Assembly (NCBI GenBank): GCA_965178125.1
Contig: OZ237766.1
Coordinates: 682,001-746,000, forward strand
Length of the DNA stretch: 64,000 nucleotides
Source: Bilabrum cf. latius
Lineage: Eukaryota
Direction of reading: 5' to 3'
Shown in pieces: positions 1-12,674 of the stretch (within the stretch, counting starts at the first letter, position 1; every line of letters begins with the position of its first letter). The translations under genes and the position numbers were made by a program. The notes beneath the pieces were generated by a model. The model searched no databases, was not told where the DNA came from, and was given only the letters and a program-made list of their open reading frames with translations.

Positions 1-2154
1 GTCCTGACCCAACGATCCGAGCAATCGGGCGGGCCGAGCCCCGGCCTTGCCCCTGGCCCCCGGCGCGTTGCGGCCGAACCGACTCCTCTGCTTGCGCTTG
101 CCGCCGCTCGCGTGACCACCGGCGCCGCGCGACCTGCCGTGCCTGCCTCCTTCCCCATCGCCCCCCTCTCGCTCTCCCTCTTGCTCGCTGGCATCCTCAT
201 CCTCATCCTCATCACCATCATCACCGGCATTCTGCTGCTTGCTCCCCGCACCGCCAGCCGTCCACCGCTTGCCCCCCGCACCCGCCCCCCCTCGCGCTGC
301 ACCACCGTCCACGCCACCGCCCTCGCTTGTTCCCTCGGGCCCCAGCACGTCATCGAACAGCTGGAGGTATGCCCCCACCAGCTGTGCCGCCAGCGAGGGC
401 TCCGATCTCCTCAGTGGCACCTGAGACAGGAAAGCAACGGCGTAGTATCGCGCCCTCACGCGGCGCACCGCCAGACTCTCCTGTGGTCTGCCGCCACTGC
501 CGCCCCCGCGCCCCCCACCTCTACCCCTGCCCCTACCCCTACCTCTTCCCCTTCCTCTCCCCCTTCCTCTGCCCCCCGCTTCTCTCCTCCTCTCCATCTC
601 CTCCGCCACCATCCTCCCCTCATTGGCAGCCAGCCGAGCCAGCACCTGCCTCGTCTCCCTCACCACCACGGCGGCCATGGCCGGGTGCTTCTCCAGGAGC
701 CTCAAGAGGTGCTGCACCGCCCTCGAGGCGACCTTCCTGTCCTGGTCTCCGAGCCGATCCGCGAGCAGGGCCAGCAGGGGAGCCTCCCCCTCCGGTCTCT
801 CCAGGATTAGGTCCAGAGCGGCCGACATGGCCCGCTCCCGGGCCCACGCCAAGGGGTCCTTGGACGCCGACTGGAGGGAGTCGATGAGGGCGGCGAACCT
901 TCGCTTGAGTTCTTCCTCGAACACCCACAGGGCGAGATGCTGCGGGGTCACTCCGTCCCCGTCCAGCGGCCTCTCGTCAAGCCGGAACAGCCGCCTGTGG
1001 GGAGGCAGCAAGAAGCCCCCGAAGACCTCCCGTGCCACTTCTGCCGCCCTCGATGCATCTCTCCTGGCCGGCACTCGGGCCATGGTCAGCAGCTCGTCCT
1101 GCAGTCCAGTGGTTTGCACGGGGGCTCCCTGCACCAGGGCCTGGATGGCACCCAGCCGATCCGTGGCTGTTCCCTCGCCCAGCATGCGCCTGGTCAGTCG
1201 CTCGTCAGCTGACCCCGGGCTCGTCTCCCAAGCCCTGCCCTCTGCCTGCAGCATCAATCGACCGGCCTCCCGGCACTTGGCCACAAGCTCAAGCGTGCGA
1301 CGGACCTCGGCGGGGCGCGGAGGACGCTTGCGCTTTCCCGCGCCCGCGCGGGATCCAGACCCGCTGCCGGCCTCCTCCTCCTCCTTTTTCTTTTTGTCGG
1401 CCGCCTCAAGCGCCCTGGCCCGGAAGGTCTCCGCCTTTCCAGTCTCTCCCTGGGCCAGCAGCTTCCTAAGCTTGCGCTTCTGCGTCTTGGTTAGCTTGGA
1501 TTCGGCAGAGGCGCCGGCGGATTCCTCTTCACCTGCAGCGGCGCCTGCTGCACCTGCTCCCCCCTTAGCTGATTTCCGGCTGGCGCTCCGGGCCCGCTTG
1601 CGCTCTGCGATGGCGTTTTCAATGGATCGCACCGGGTCTCCGTCGATGCTGGCAAGAGAGGCCTCCGCCTCGAACCAAGTCTCCCCGGCGGATTTGGCTA
1701 GTTTGCCGTCGCTGGCACTGGCGGCTTCTTGGCAGGCAGACAAGAGGGCTTCCACGGCTTCTACGTTGCGAATCGTGTGCCGCTGCGTTGCAGGAGATGC
1801 AGACGACCACTCTGGCTCGGGCGCTGCCGGTGCCTCGCCGCCAAAGGGCTGGGACGGTTGGGACTAGTAGCCGCCGGATGCTCCGTACCCAGACTGGGGC
1901 CCAGCCGGGCGATCCCGGCCGCCTCCTCCAAACTTGCTATCACGAGTGCCACGGTACGAATCTGTTCGAGGAGCTTTGCCTCGCATAAGCTTGGTCGGCT
2001 GCCATGATTGCTGGTTCTGGTCACGGTTGCCGTACGAGCTTTGCCCCGATTGCGACCCGCTGCCCTGAGCCTCATCGGTCTGGTCTCTCTTGCGCTTCCT
2101 ACCACGCGACCGTCTTTGCGATAACTACCTTTCTGGCTGTGCTGCACTACTCAT
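1..2154 (-). CDS. CEBPZ: CCAAT-binding factor / ribosome biogenesis protein Mak21/Noc1 (CEBPZ)-like, 3' end runs off the window
   Basis: ATG at 2154 (MSSAAQPER*LSQRR...), with in-frame TAGs at 2125-2127 and 1864-1866. The translation includes GTATDRLGAIQALVQGAP, LALWVFEEELKRRF, PEGEAPLLALLADRLGDQDRKVASRA, KHPAMAAVVVRE and RARYYAVAFLSQ, which match the Mak21/CEBPZ N-terminal region. It is absent from the ORF track because no stop falls inside the window. Confidence 0.85.
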
Positions 2155-2346
2155 TTTGAGCGGCAACTGCCTTAAATCAGGCAATTGGAAAATAGGAGAA
2201 CAGGTCGCCATCCGCGAACGTTCCACGGTGACGAACGAACCAATCTACGGCAGGGTGCAGCATCCATTGGAGTGCGCGCAAAACAACTTTTTGTGAATAA
2301 CCTTTACCCGGAGAGCTATCTGGGCATATTTCGCGCACCGTTCGTC

Positions 2347-4324
2347 TCAGTCCATCCAGGGTGCCCAGTAGCCCCCTGTCTCGTTGACTTTGGCCAAAGC
2401 GCCGGGCAGGTCGGCGGAGCCCCCCGCATCTGACTGGAAGCAGTGCCGGCCCAGGGCATGGAACCTTCGCTGGAGCCTGTCTGCCACCTCCGGCAGCTGT
2501 TCCTTCAGATCCACGTATTCCGCGGGATCAGCCGTCACGTTGAAGAGGCAGCCTAGGGGACACCCGGGGGCGTCGAAGGGCAGCTTCGCGGTGCTGTTGG
2601 GGTAGTTGGGGCTCCACCAGTACCCGGAGCCGGATTGTGTTCCCTGGACCCACTTCATATCCCCCTGAATGAACGCGCCGTCGAACAGGCCCGTCGCTCC
2701 CTGGGTCTGGGTCAGCCCCCCTTCCTCCTCCCCTGCTGCTGCTGCTGCTGCTGCTGGTGCTGCTGGTGGTGGTTCATCGGGGTCCATGGGCATCCCCCCC
2801 GCCGTGCTCCTGGACCATACAGTGTAGTGCCCCGTGCGCTGGGAGGGGCCCGAGGGGGCCGCGAGTGAGCTCTCGTTGCCTGGCCTGCACGCCCCCGTGG
2901 CGGCATCGAAGTTGCGGTAGGACAGCAGCAGCTCCCTCCGAGGGGACTCTGTTCCCTGGGTCATGGACCCCCACATGTCTAGGGAAGTGGAAGGGGGGAG
3001 ACCCCGCGCCGTGGTGTTGTCCCCGCAATAGCCAGGGGTGCCCCCGCCTCTCTGGCACAGCGTGCGGTACCAGTCAGACACGTGGATCGTACCGTCGTAC
3101 GCAGTGCCCCTGGCGTCCTACGGCACGGCCCCGCCGGTCACCATGGCCACCGTCCTCACTCCGCCTTCGAAATCGTTCCCTTTGCCCCCCCTCAACGGAT
3201 AGTTGTTCGCGTTCGACGGGCCGCCCACCAGCGACGGGCCGCCGTTGTCGCTGCCGAACACCAGCAGAGTGTCTTCCCACAGACCCAGGGACTGCGCGGC
3301 GCCGGTGATGTTCCGCAAGGTCTCGTCCACGGCGCTGGCCATCCCGCTGTAGACCCTCCTGCCCTGGACCCAGTCCTCGGGGTACTGGTCCACCAGCCGG
3401 TCCGGGGCCTCGACTGGCTCGTGGGTGTCCTGCAGGGCCAGGTAGACGAAGAGCTTGTTCCGGTTTGCGGGGAGGCGGCCCTGGGCGAGGGCCTGGAGGG
3501 CACTCGTCACGCTCTGGACGGCGAGCGCAGCGTTCCAGGTTCCGTTGGCGCCGCGCGCGGGCGCGGTGGAGTTGTAGATGTCCGTGTGTCGCTGCGTGAT
3601 CTGCGTGTAGTGCTGCTCTCCCCCAGATAGGTAGCCCAGGCTCTGGTGGAAGCCCCTGCCGACCGGGGTGTAGTTCTGATGCGCGAGGCCCTCGTGCCAT
3701 TTCTGCACCAGGGGGGCGGGGATGGGGGGGGGATGGGGCGGGTGGGCGGGCGGGATGATGGAGAAGTATCCAAGAAGCTCAAAGTGGTTATCAAGATATA
3801 AAATATGGCGTTTGGAGTGACCAAGGTCGCATATTATGCTATGCTCACCATGACCTGCATGGAGTGGTACCCGAGCCCCGACATTTTGTGAGCGAGCGTG
3901 GTCATGCCCGGGTGCATGGCAGGGAGCGTCCATCCCCACTTGGCGTTGTTGAACTGGTTCACGAACGGAGGCAGACGTCCTGTTAGACTGCGCTATTAGC
4001 GGGTAGACAAACCACCCGATGCGCCAGTCAATCGAGAAGGGGGATCGGCAACAAGGTTGTTGGGTCCCGTGCCACATCCGGCCAAGCTCACAGTGAGGCC
4101 CGTGTGGGGCTGCAGAACTAATATGTATAGTGACGGTTGAGACGAATGCCATTCTTGAGCAAGTCATTCATGAACGGTGTCTTAGTTTCCGGATTGGTCC
4201 AGCCTATGTTGTAGTGACCCTAATCGTCGCTCAGGCACATGATAATGACTTTCGGGGGGGCTTGGGCCCATGCAGAACACACCAATGTGGCTGCAGCTAG
4301 AACAGACACATGCAGTCTCAGCAT
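2347..4324 (-). CDS. Arylsulfatase B-like secreted sulfatase; exons 4324-4092, 3987-3849, 3702-2347
   Basis: Signal peptide, then MCLSDD*GHYNIG, HYTY*FCSPTRASLLTGR (CxPxR formylglycine motif), KWH, SDNGG, NNYPLRGGK, FEGGVR and HVSDWY. Introns are 3988-4091 (GTGAGC...GCTAAT...CAG) and 3703-3848. In-frame TAGs at 4220-4222, 4118-4120 and 3118-3120; ends TGA. Confidence 0.9.
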
Positions 4325-4455
4325 GGCACGGCACAGTGGCTGCATATTCGGCGATCTTGGACTTCGGTTCGCATCGAACCCGGAACGTTCAGCAAGACAA
4401 ATAGACTAGTGCAGGCATCACCCAACGGAGTTCAAGTGCTAAAGTGCTTGATTGC

Positions 4456-6225
4456 ATGCCCCAAAATCATGTGGCCGTAGTGGTGCTAGGCGATTTGGGT
4501 CGATCGCCTCGCATGCAGTACCACTGCCTGTCGCTCGCCCGCGCTGGTGCCAACGTTTCGTTCATCGGGTACGACGAGGAGAAATGCACGCAGGAACTAG
4601 AAAGCAGCCCACGAATCACCAAGCACGGCCTATCAACGCCGTTTAATGGCTGCAGTCGCAAGCTATTCCTGCTCTGGGCGCCATTCAAGGTCCTCTTTCA
4701 GATTTTGCAGCTGCTATGGGTGTTGCTCTTCGCCATCAAGGCCCCCTCGGCTATTTTGGTGTAGAATCCGCCGTCAATACCGACCATGTTTGTAGCCTTT
4801 ATTGCCAGCAGGCTCCGCGGCGCTCGTTTCGTCATCGACTGGCACAACTTCGGCTACACTATCCTGCAGCAGACGGCCGGCGGAGGGCGAGCCAGCCACC
4901 CGCTGGTGCAGGCCGCCCGCGTGTACGAGCGTGTCCTGGGGCAGACCGCGGATGGCGGCCTCTGCGTGACGCGGGCCATGCAGGGCTGGCTGCGTGACGA
5001 GTGGGGCGTGTCCGCGCATGTGCTCCACGACAAGCCCCCGGCCTTCTTCCGGCCCCTTGGGGTGGACGAGGCCCACGAGCTGTTCCTTCGGCTGCAGAGG
5101 GAGGGAACGTTCGGTGCGAAAAGCTTCGAGGCGCTAGTGGAGCAGGGGGGGCCTGGGACAGGCGATAGCAAGGACCAGGGGGTGGAAAAGGGGCGACTCG
5201 ATCGAATGGAGGAGGAGGAGGACGAGGAAGACGATGGGGAGGTGACCATGTTCACGACATCATCTTCATCTTCATCTTCTTCATCGCAGGTGGAGGCCCC
5301 CCATTGGCGGCAGGACCGGCCGGCCCTCATGGTGAGCGGCACCAGCTGGACCCCGGACGAGGACTTTGGGCTGCTGCTTGAGGCCCTCGTGCTGTACGAC
5401 AGGGCGGCGGTGGAGTCGAGGGGCGCAGGGGGGGAGCCAGGGAACAGCGATGCAGGGGGTGGGGAACAGGGGCAATAGGAGGAGGATGCACAGAGAGACG
5501 GTTAGAAGCAGAGCAGGAGACGCAGGCGGGGCAGCAAGGACCTTAGCAAGGACCTTAGCAAGGGCAATGCAAAGAACAAGGCCAGTGGCAAGGGCAGACG
5601 GCTCCCCCGGCTGGTAGTGGTTGTTACCGGCAAGGGACCGCAGAAGGCCATGTACGAGCAGAAGATCCGGAATCAGAAGTGGACGCACGTGCAGGTCCGC
5701 ACGGCCTGGCTGGCCTCTGCAGACTACCCCCGGCTGCTTGGCTCCGCAGATCTCGGGGTCAGCCTGCACACCAGCAGCAGCGGGCTTGACCTGCCCATGA
5801 AGGTGGTGGACATGTTCGGGGCCGGGCTGCCGGTACTGGCGGCCCGGTTTGCGTGCGTGGAGGAGCTGGTGCGGGAGGGCGAGAACGGGGGTTTGTTCGA
5901 GGACGCCGATGGGCTGGCGGGGCATCTCGTGCGCCTGCTGGACGGGTGGGGCGGAGGGGGTGGTGTGACGAGTGATGGGGTGACGAGTGGGGGTCCGCTG
6001 GACCGACTCCGTGCTGCGGTGCTGCGGGCCAGGGAACAAGATGGCTGGGAGGAGAACTGGGTGAGCAACGCGAGGCCGGTGCTGCTGCCGGGGGGGATGA
6101 GGGGGGGAGGGGAGCACGACGACGAGTCCATCGTGGATGGGCCGGGTGAAGGGGAGGAGGCAGGGAGTGGAGCAGGGGAGACACCCGGCCGTGCACAGGG
6201 AAGAAGAAAGAAAAAGGATGAGTGA
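4456..6225 (+). CDS. ALG1: Chitobiosyldiphosphodolichol beta-mannosyltransferase ALG1
   Basis: Motifs VVVLGDLGRSPRMQYH, ILV*NPPSIPT, IDWHNFGY, SGTSWTPDEDF, VTGKGP and HTSSSGLDLPMKVVDMFG. One continuous frame across TAGs at 4762, 5476 and 5503; ends TGA. Confidence 0.95.
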
Positions 6226-6368
6226 ACGATACATGGCGCGTTGGCGTGTGGGCTGTTGCGCGACCCACGGAGAGTCAAGTCACGATAGCAAGCAAGCACC
6301 ACTGACACCGCTGCTCTACACTGCGATGCTGATTGGTCTAACTCCCGGCACTCGTCACTCATTACTCG

Positions 6369-7160
6369 TCACGCGCTATCCACGGGCGCCAGGCAGGGCA
6401 CCCCAGTGGCACCTGCTAGGCTGATGTGCCCGTCTCCCGAATTGTACGCCCAGTCAGGGAGGAATGACTCGGAGCCGGATTGAGCACCGTTCGATGCTCC
6501 TGCCGCTTTTGCCCACAATGACGACGACAGCGACCGCGACTCGGAGCTGAAATCTGTGGGCGCGGCGTGGTCGCAGGGCCGCAGCACGACCGGCTCCTTG
6601 GTGCCTCCTGGGGCCGCCGCGGCGATGCAGAGGGCGGGGGCCAGCTGGCTCTGGAGCTTGAACTCGTCGGGGTAGTTTCCCTTGATTTGCTTGAACTGGG
6701 TGGCGGTGGGGCACGCCGATCGTGGGGATGCTCGGTTCGCGGCAGAGGTTGCGTTGGGCTTGGTGCACTCTGCGAAGGAGAGGCCGGTCCCGGCCGACGG
6801 CGAGCACGAACTGACTGCGACGCACTGATTGTTGCCAATATTTAGGATCTGTCCGGGTGCCACCGTTGCGTTGTCGAACTGCCAAGTGTAGAGCAGCGAA
6901 CCGAACCCGTGGAAGCAAGCATCTACTCCGACTGCAGCTACCTAAGACGAAGTTTCTGCGCGAATAGACCACGAGATTGGATATAATACTACTATTTTAA
7001 AAGTGTTGTTCCGTTTGCATGCAATTGTACTCGAGATTAATGAAGTTCAAGATCTAGGAAGTGTAGTTGCAGTTGGCAGCTCACCATCCAATAAATGTCC
7101 TTTCGTGGCCACAATGACGCACGAACACACAACAACTAGAATACGAGATACCCGCTCCAT
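6369..7160 (-). CDS. Small secreted Cys-containing protein, ricin-B lectin-like; exons 7160-7085 and 6955-6369
   Basis: Signal-peptide exon MERVSRILVVVCSCVIVATKG, a phase-compatible GTGAGC...CGCAG intron (6956-7084) and a TAG at 6942-6944. Segments such as NQCVAV, ALCIAA and VVLRPCD resemble beta-trefoil repeats. Ends TGA. Confidence 0.6.
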
Positions 7161-7501
7161 TATATAGAGCTATCCGCTCTTGTGTGGCAGGAATGGCCAG
7201 CATTTGCCCGTGGGCTCCGGATTGTCCACTGCAGCAGTCGTTCAACGCGCACTATCCCAATGAAGTGGGTAACAAATGCATCTTCATATCACAAGTGGTC
7301 AATAAAGAGCTAAAATTGTGTGATCAAAGCAAGCTAGCAATGAAGCAAACGCTTCAGGGGGGGCATCTCCTCAATGAGATACGCGACATCCTACATGTCA
7401 AATGGACAACCACGTCGTGCTTTTGCAAAAGCTCGTGGTGACCGCTCGAGCCAAGACCATCGCTACTCCACCAAAAAAATGACTCTAGGAGCACACCAGG
7501 A

Positions 7502-8884
7502 TCAGCTCCCGCCACCAGGAGCAGAGGAATCACCCTCGGCAGAGCTGTCCTGGCTGCTGGAAGCAGGAGCAGTTGCTGCGCCTTGCCCGCCGGCCGGTGC
7601 AGGTCCGGCTGCCTGGGTGCCCGGCAGGATGGGAGGGTGCTGTCCGCCGGCTGCCGCCGCTCCTCCGGTCGCAGCTCCTCCTACTCCGGGGGCATCGGGT
7701 GCAGGTACACCCATCCATGCCGGCCTCGGTGGGATCGGCACGTTCATGCGGACATGTTGGTCGAAAAGGACCTGCACACAGCTGCCATGGCCTCTGTGCC
7801 ATGCGGTCCAGTAGGGCGAGGCCACCTGCCCTGGGCCACTGACGCACTTGGCTTCTAGAGCACCGGCTAGTGCTCCAAGCTTGGTAAGCTCAGAGAGTCT
7901 TACTGAGTCTCCATCTGTAGCAGCAGCACACACGAGCTGAGCGTTACGGTGGGCATCGAAACCCTGCCTCCACTTCAATGCTGCCATCTGGCCGAGGCTT
8001 GGCTGGGGACCTGCCTGCTGCTGGGATTGCAAGGCCGAGTAGCACTCCAGCAGAACATTCAGTAGTGTTCCACGTGAGTCTGGGTCACGAATGCATGCGT
8101 AAAGCTCATCAATCTTTGGAATGAGTTCAAGGTCCTTGGGTTTCAGTTCTGGCTCCCACACGTACAGCTATGGGTCAGGGCCGACGTTCCGGAGTTCGGC
8201 CACCTCGGGCAGCAAGCCGAGCTCGACCCCGATCTTCACGCCTCGTATTGCACCGCGGATGCTGTTTCGGTCAGCGCCTGCTTCCTTGATGTCTTTGACT
8301 TCATCAGCTGCAACTCGTTCGAGAGTCGCAGGGTCTAGTGCTGACACCCAGCGAACGAGGATCATGCCGTTCCGAACTTTCCGATCGGCATTATGGATGA
8401 GTTCAGGCAGCCTAGGCCTTGGCTCTCTCTACGCAACTTCGGTAAAATGAATCAAACGTTTCTGCCACTTGACAATTTTGAGAATGTCAACTAGTGTGTT
8501 GCGTTCCACGGCTGAGACAACCGATGCGTCCTGCGGTCCGATAGGCGCTGTAGGCCGAACTTCCAGCAGTGCTGCGACCATGTTCACAGAGCCCATATCA
8601 GATGCGATCTGCAGCCGATCAAATGCAAGGGAAAGGTGTTGTACCTTAGCCGTATCATGCTTCTCTCAAGTCTAGAAATCGAACTTGAGGCCGCCTCTGC
8701 GCTGCCTGACGGTCATGCTACTGACATCGACGGCCACCCAAGGTCCAAGATTGGTTGCAGCAACCTCGAATCCATCTGTGCCGATCTAGATATAGACATC
8801 CTGCCCAAGTGGATCGGACGCCTTCAACGTTGGCCTGGATGCGATGGCTTCCAAGGCCTCTTCCGCTCGAGCTCTTGTCATCAT
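7502..8884 (-). CDS. Hypothetical protein with C-terminal ankyrin-like family module; one in-frame TGA at 8666-8668 (possible intron or pseudogene)
   Basis: Single frame from MMTRARAEE with TAGs at 8786, 8672, 8429 and 8168. The C-terminal AHRNAQLVCAAATDGDSVRLSELTKLGALAGAL...GHGSCVQVL is similar to the modules at 10.7, 30.5 and 44.9 kb. Confidence 0.55.
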
Positions 8885-9022
8885 CGCATGACGTCGGCTT
8901 CCCCGAACTCGAGCAAACCCACTCTGAACCGTGCAGTACCAAAGTGCAAGTATGAGCTAAACTTTAACTAGCATTGCGCTGCTGCTTACTGACTGTAGAT
9001 TAGTGTCGGTTTCTCCCGCCGA

Positions 9023-10897
9023 ATGAAGTACATCCCGAACGTCTCAACGAACGTTCCCTGTTCTTGTCGATTTCGGATTCCGTGGTGGTTAGCCCGCTTC
9101 CCAACGCCCCCACCGTATTTAGCCAGATACCATTTGATCATACAGTTTGAAGTTCTATGTCAGGTTGGCAAGGCTCAACAAGTCTCCTTGCAGGGTAAGA
9201 CAACTCGGTATTGCCATGAATGAACATCAAGAGGATCCCGTACACGTATCGTTGCGCTTGTGTTTTACATGCGATATGTAGTCTAATTTACTGTGTGTTT
9301 GTAGGGAGTGTGAAGATGCCAAAGACGCCAAAGATGTGCATCAGTGTCTTGACTGGATGCCTATCAAGAGCGACAGCAGCAACGGCGGTGGATCATACAT
9401 AGTAAGATCACACCGGAAAAGTTGGGATTGGAAGGTGCATACGCTGTAAAATGTGATTGTGATATGCACGATTTCCGTGTCCAATACAGCAGGTTGAAAC
9501 ATTAATCTTGAAGAAGGATCCTGATTTGACTGCTGCTGCGTTGCAGCGTGGCTTCGAGGTGCAAGGCCGGCGATTACTTGAGTTTGAGTAGCTTGATCAG
9601 CCTTTCTCAGAGGAAGTGAGTTCCCGATCTGCTATATCTCGTCTAGAATTGGCTTTCCCCGTGCGCACACCAGTTCGTACCTGCTACTACTCGCAAGTCA
9701 TCACAGACTATGAATCCATCTCTGTTTTCAATAGCCGCGTACCCAAAAACTGCATGCATGCAATCCATCAGGCTTTTAGCAAAGCATGGTGGGGATGCCT
9801 CAATGGATGACGATGACAGCATCGTGAGAGTGGGGCGGTGGCCCCACCGTGGAATTCCATTCAGGCCTTTGTTGCGGACGTTAAGTTGCCGTATGTGCTT
9901 TGTAGTTGTTGGCATGCGTCCGACCACGCAGCGTTAGCGCCCGCTAGCTTGCGTGTGCGACCCCGACTGCGTGCGCATGCTGCTAGAACTGGGATGCAGT
10001 GCAGCCCTCCCCATCCCACGGCGATTCAATGAACTCATGGATCCAGACTAGGTAAGATTGTCCACCTCAACAATCTTTATTAAGCATCCCTCTTATGGTA
10101 TGACCACTGCAATGATTTCTGCCTGAGCTTGTGCCATCGTAGCTGAAAGGATTAAGGTATTTTGAGAGGATGGGCAGGCCGGAATGGTACGGGTAGAAAC
10201 CCGAAATTAGGCCAGCAATAGTAAGTTGGCAAACCTAGACCTATCGCAATTGTTGTACAGATCCTTTGTCATACTCCTATTCATGTTGCTCTGCTCAAAC
10301 TTGCAGACACTGGCGACCCCGCTACACGCCCAGATCTACCACCTGTTCCTCGACCAGCACCACTACGAGAACACAGAAAAGGGACCCAAATCGACAGTGC
10401 AGTGCTGTGCAGAACTGCTTGCCGCTGGAGCGGATCCGATCGCCCGCAACGGAGAAGGCGAGACTCCGCTGGATGCCCTGCGACGCCCCGTATGCCCCGA
10501 CATCCCGGTCCTCGAGCACGCTCTGGATCGATGTGGAGGGGATGCCCGCAGGTGTCTGCAGCTGCTCTTTGACCACGACTCGGACGGCTGGCTGGCACGG
10601 AGGAGGCTGGTGCACCCGCGAGTGCGGGCCATGCTGGATCACAGGCGGGCCCATGAGGCGCACAGGGATGCAAGGCTGCTGTTCCAGGCAGCCGCGGAGG
10701 GGAGGCCCATGGAGTTGGCCAAGCGACTGAGGCTGGGCAAGCTGGCGGGGGGGCTGGATATGGATGAGCCGGTGGAGGACGACTGCGGAGTCAAGCACTG
10801 GGTGACGGCCCTGGAAGCAGCCCGCATGGGGGGCCACGAGGAGTGTGCCAGGATCGCTTCTGATGCGCTGTGCCTGATGGGCAGGGGGAGGCTGTGA
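9023..10897 (+). CDS. Multi-exon ankyrin-repeat protein with family C-terminal module (5' exon structure uncertain; last exon about 10307-10897)
   Basis: Last exon has TPLH...CAELLAAGADPIARNGEGETPLD and TALEAARMGGHEECARI. Upstream GTAAGA/GTGAGT/GTGAGA donors bound short open segments such as LLAKHGGDAS. Confidence 0.6.
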
Positions 10898-11080
10898 TCC
10901 GGATGATCCGGATAGGATACTACTTTCGGTTGTGCGTTTTTGCGATGTTGAGATGTTGCTGTGTAAGGGTAATCCCATCGGATGCTGTGTCCACTGTACA
11001 ACCTGCATGATCCGATCCTCTTCTGTACGTCTAGTCTAGCCTGGGCTGAGGTCCCTCACTAGCCCTAGGTCCTCTCGGCG

Positions 11081-12514
11081 TCACCTCAGCTCGGCCCCCA
11101 GCTCCTCGCTGGTTCTCCTCCTCACTTCCTCCTGCAGCCTGTCCACCTCCTCATTGGTCAAGCTCCTCTCCATGGACCGGTAGGTCACCCTATAGCAGTG
11201 TGAGAGCCTGCCCGTCTTTGGGTGCGTGAAGGAATCGATCAGATCCACACGCTCCGCCAGATCGCCCGCCACCTCGCGCACCAGCTCGAAGAAACTGTGC
11301 GCGTGGAACTCGGTCGTGGCGGCCCGCAGGTCGTCATCGTCTCCGTCTGGCGCACTCGCCGCGACTCCCTATCCCGCATCGGCTGCATCCACTTCTTTAT
11401 CGCCGCCGCTGCTGCGGCCGCTGCTGCCCGCCACGATCGCCTGACCAGGCAGCCAGAACGTGATGTCCTTGAAACAGGGCGGGTACTTGGAAAACGGCTG
11501 GAACCGGACAGCCAGGTCCCCCTCTTTGCCCCTGAACTGCGACAGGAACCGCTCGTCCTGGCTCCAGAACAAGCGGATGTCGGGAATCTCGAACAGCCGC
11601 ATGGCAAGGCGGTCCAGCCCGAGCCCGAAGGCCCACCCGGGCGTGTTCCCCAGCCCGCACTGCTGCATGATACCCCCGTGCACCATGCCGCATCCCAGCA
11701 CCTCCAGCCACTCGTCCTCGTGCCACACCTCCAGCTCCAGCGAAGGTTCCGTGAAGGGAAAGTACGCGTCTACCCACCTCATCCGAACGTCTTGCCCGAA
11801 CAGCTGCCTCGCCATGCCCTCCAGCCCCGCCCGGAGGTCGCTGACCACCGCCTCTCGCACCTCCTAATTGTTCCCTGGATCTACCCCCGCGGCCCTAAGC
11901 TCTTGTTCCCCGAACACCCTGACACCTTCCATCTGGTGGAAGACGGGGTAGTGCGTCTGGTCCACGGTGTCGCGGCGGTAGACGTCACCAGCCACCAGGA
12001 AGCCTTGTTCCCCCGCCCGCAGCAGCTGTGTCTGGTGGGCCGAGGTGTGGCACCGCAGCAGCCGCTCGTTATCCACGTAGAACGTGTCCGTGGGCGAGCG
12101 GCTGACGTGCGTCGAGGGAATCAGTAGGTCGTCGAAGTTCTGCTGCACCGTCACGATCGGGTTCAAATCCTAATAGAGCTTCAGGGGACGGCCTACCTCT
12201 AGCTACTTGCCGCTGGCGTCTACCATTGGTATCGTTGCTTGCGGCTGCTGCCAGTACTCCGAGGCGATGCGAGCAATAGAACGAAGCGGATGGTCCTGCA
12301 CCTCCAGCAATCGCCTGCCAACCCGGTCTATGATACCGTCAGGGACATTATTGCTATCATGCTTTACTTTGAGCTATCGCTTCACTTCGGTAATGTCGTA
12401 TCCCTGCTGCACGCCGACTGATGCGGCCGTGGCGCATCTGCGGCTCAATAGCGCTGATTGTGGCGTCGCCACATTCCATGCCCTGCGTCCTTGACGCAAG
12501 CACCGCTGTAGCAT
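11081..12514 (-). CDS. FARS2: Mitochondrial-type (monomeric) phenylalanyl-tRNA synthetase
   Basis: Arg-rich transit peptide MLQRCLRQGRRAW, then NFDDLLIP, LLRCHTSAHQ, GDVYRRD, HYPVFHQMEG, YFPFTEPSLELEV, GWAFGLGLDRLAM and a C-terminal FDX-ACB (SHCYRVTYRSMERSLTNEEV). In-frame TAGs at 12374, 12203, 12170, 11864 and 11369; ends TGA. Confidence 0.95.
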
Positions 12515-12674
12515 CAACAAATAAAACAACCTTCGCGTTGGATTGCGCCACTGCAATAGAGGTAAAGATGTATTCGCATTTGTTGCAGGCACATTGCTGA
12601 CGAGTGCACAAACGATAACACGCAGCTGCCCACAGCAAAGCAGAAGCTACATATTGCAGTGCGGAAATGTTATC

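Noticed and set aside
623-1867. Long plus-strand ORFs here and many similar overlapping ORFs (e.g. 22130-23251, 11222-12127, 53239-54582)
   Set aside because: They are GC-rich antisense shadows of recognisable genes on the other strand.
4762-4764. TAGs being 3' splice sites of tiny introns
   Set aside because: Residues on both sides align contiguously with the family motif (ILV-x-NPP) and there is no suitable upstream GT donor. The real introns found here are 90-150 nt with GTGAG/GTAAG donors.
4456-12514. ALG1, PheRS and other genes as pseudogenes with premature stops
   Set aside because: The interrupting codon is almost always TAG, there are no frameshifts, catalytic motifs are intact, and several of the genes are essential.
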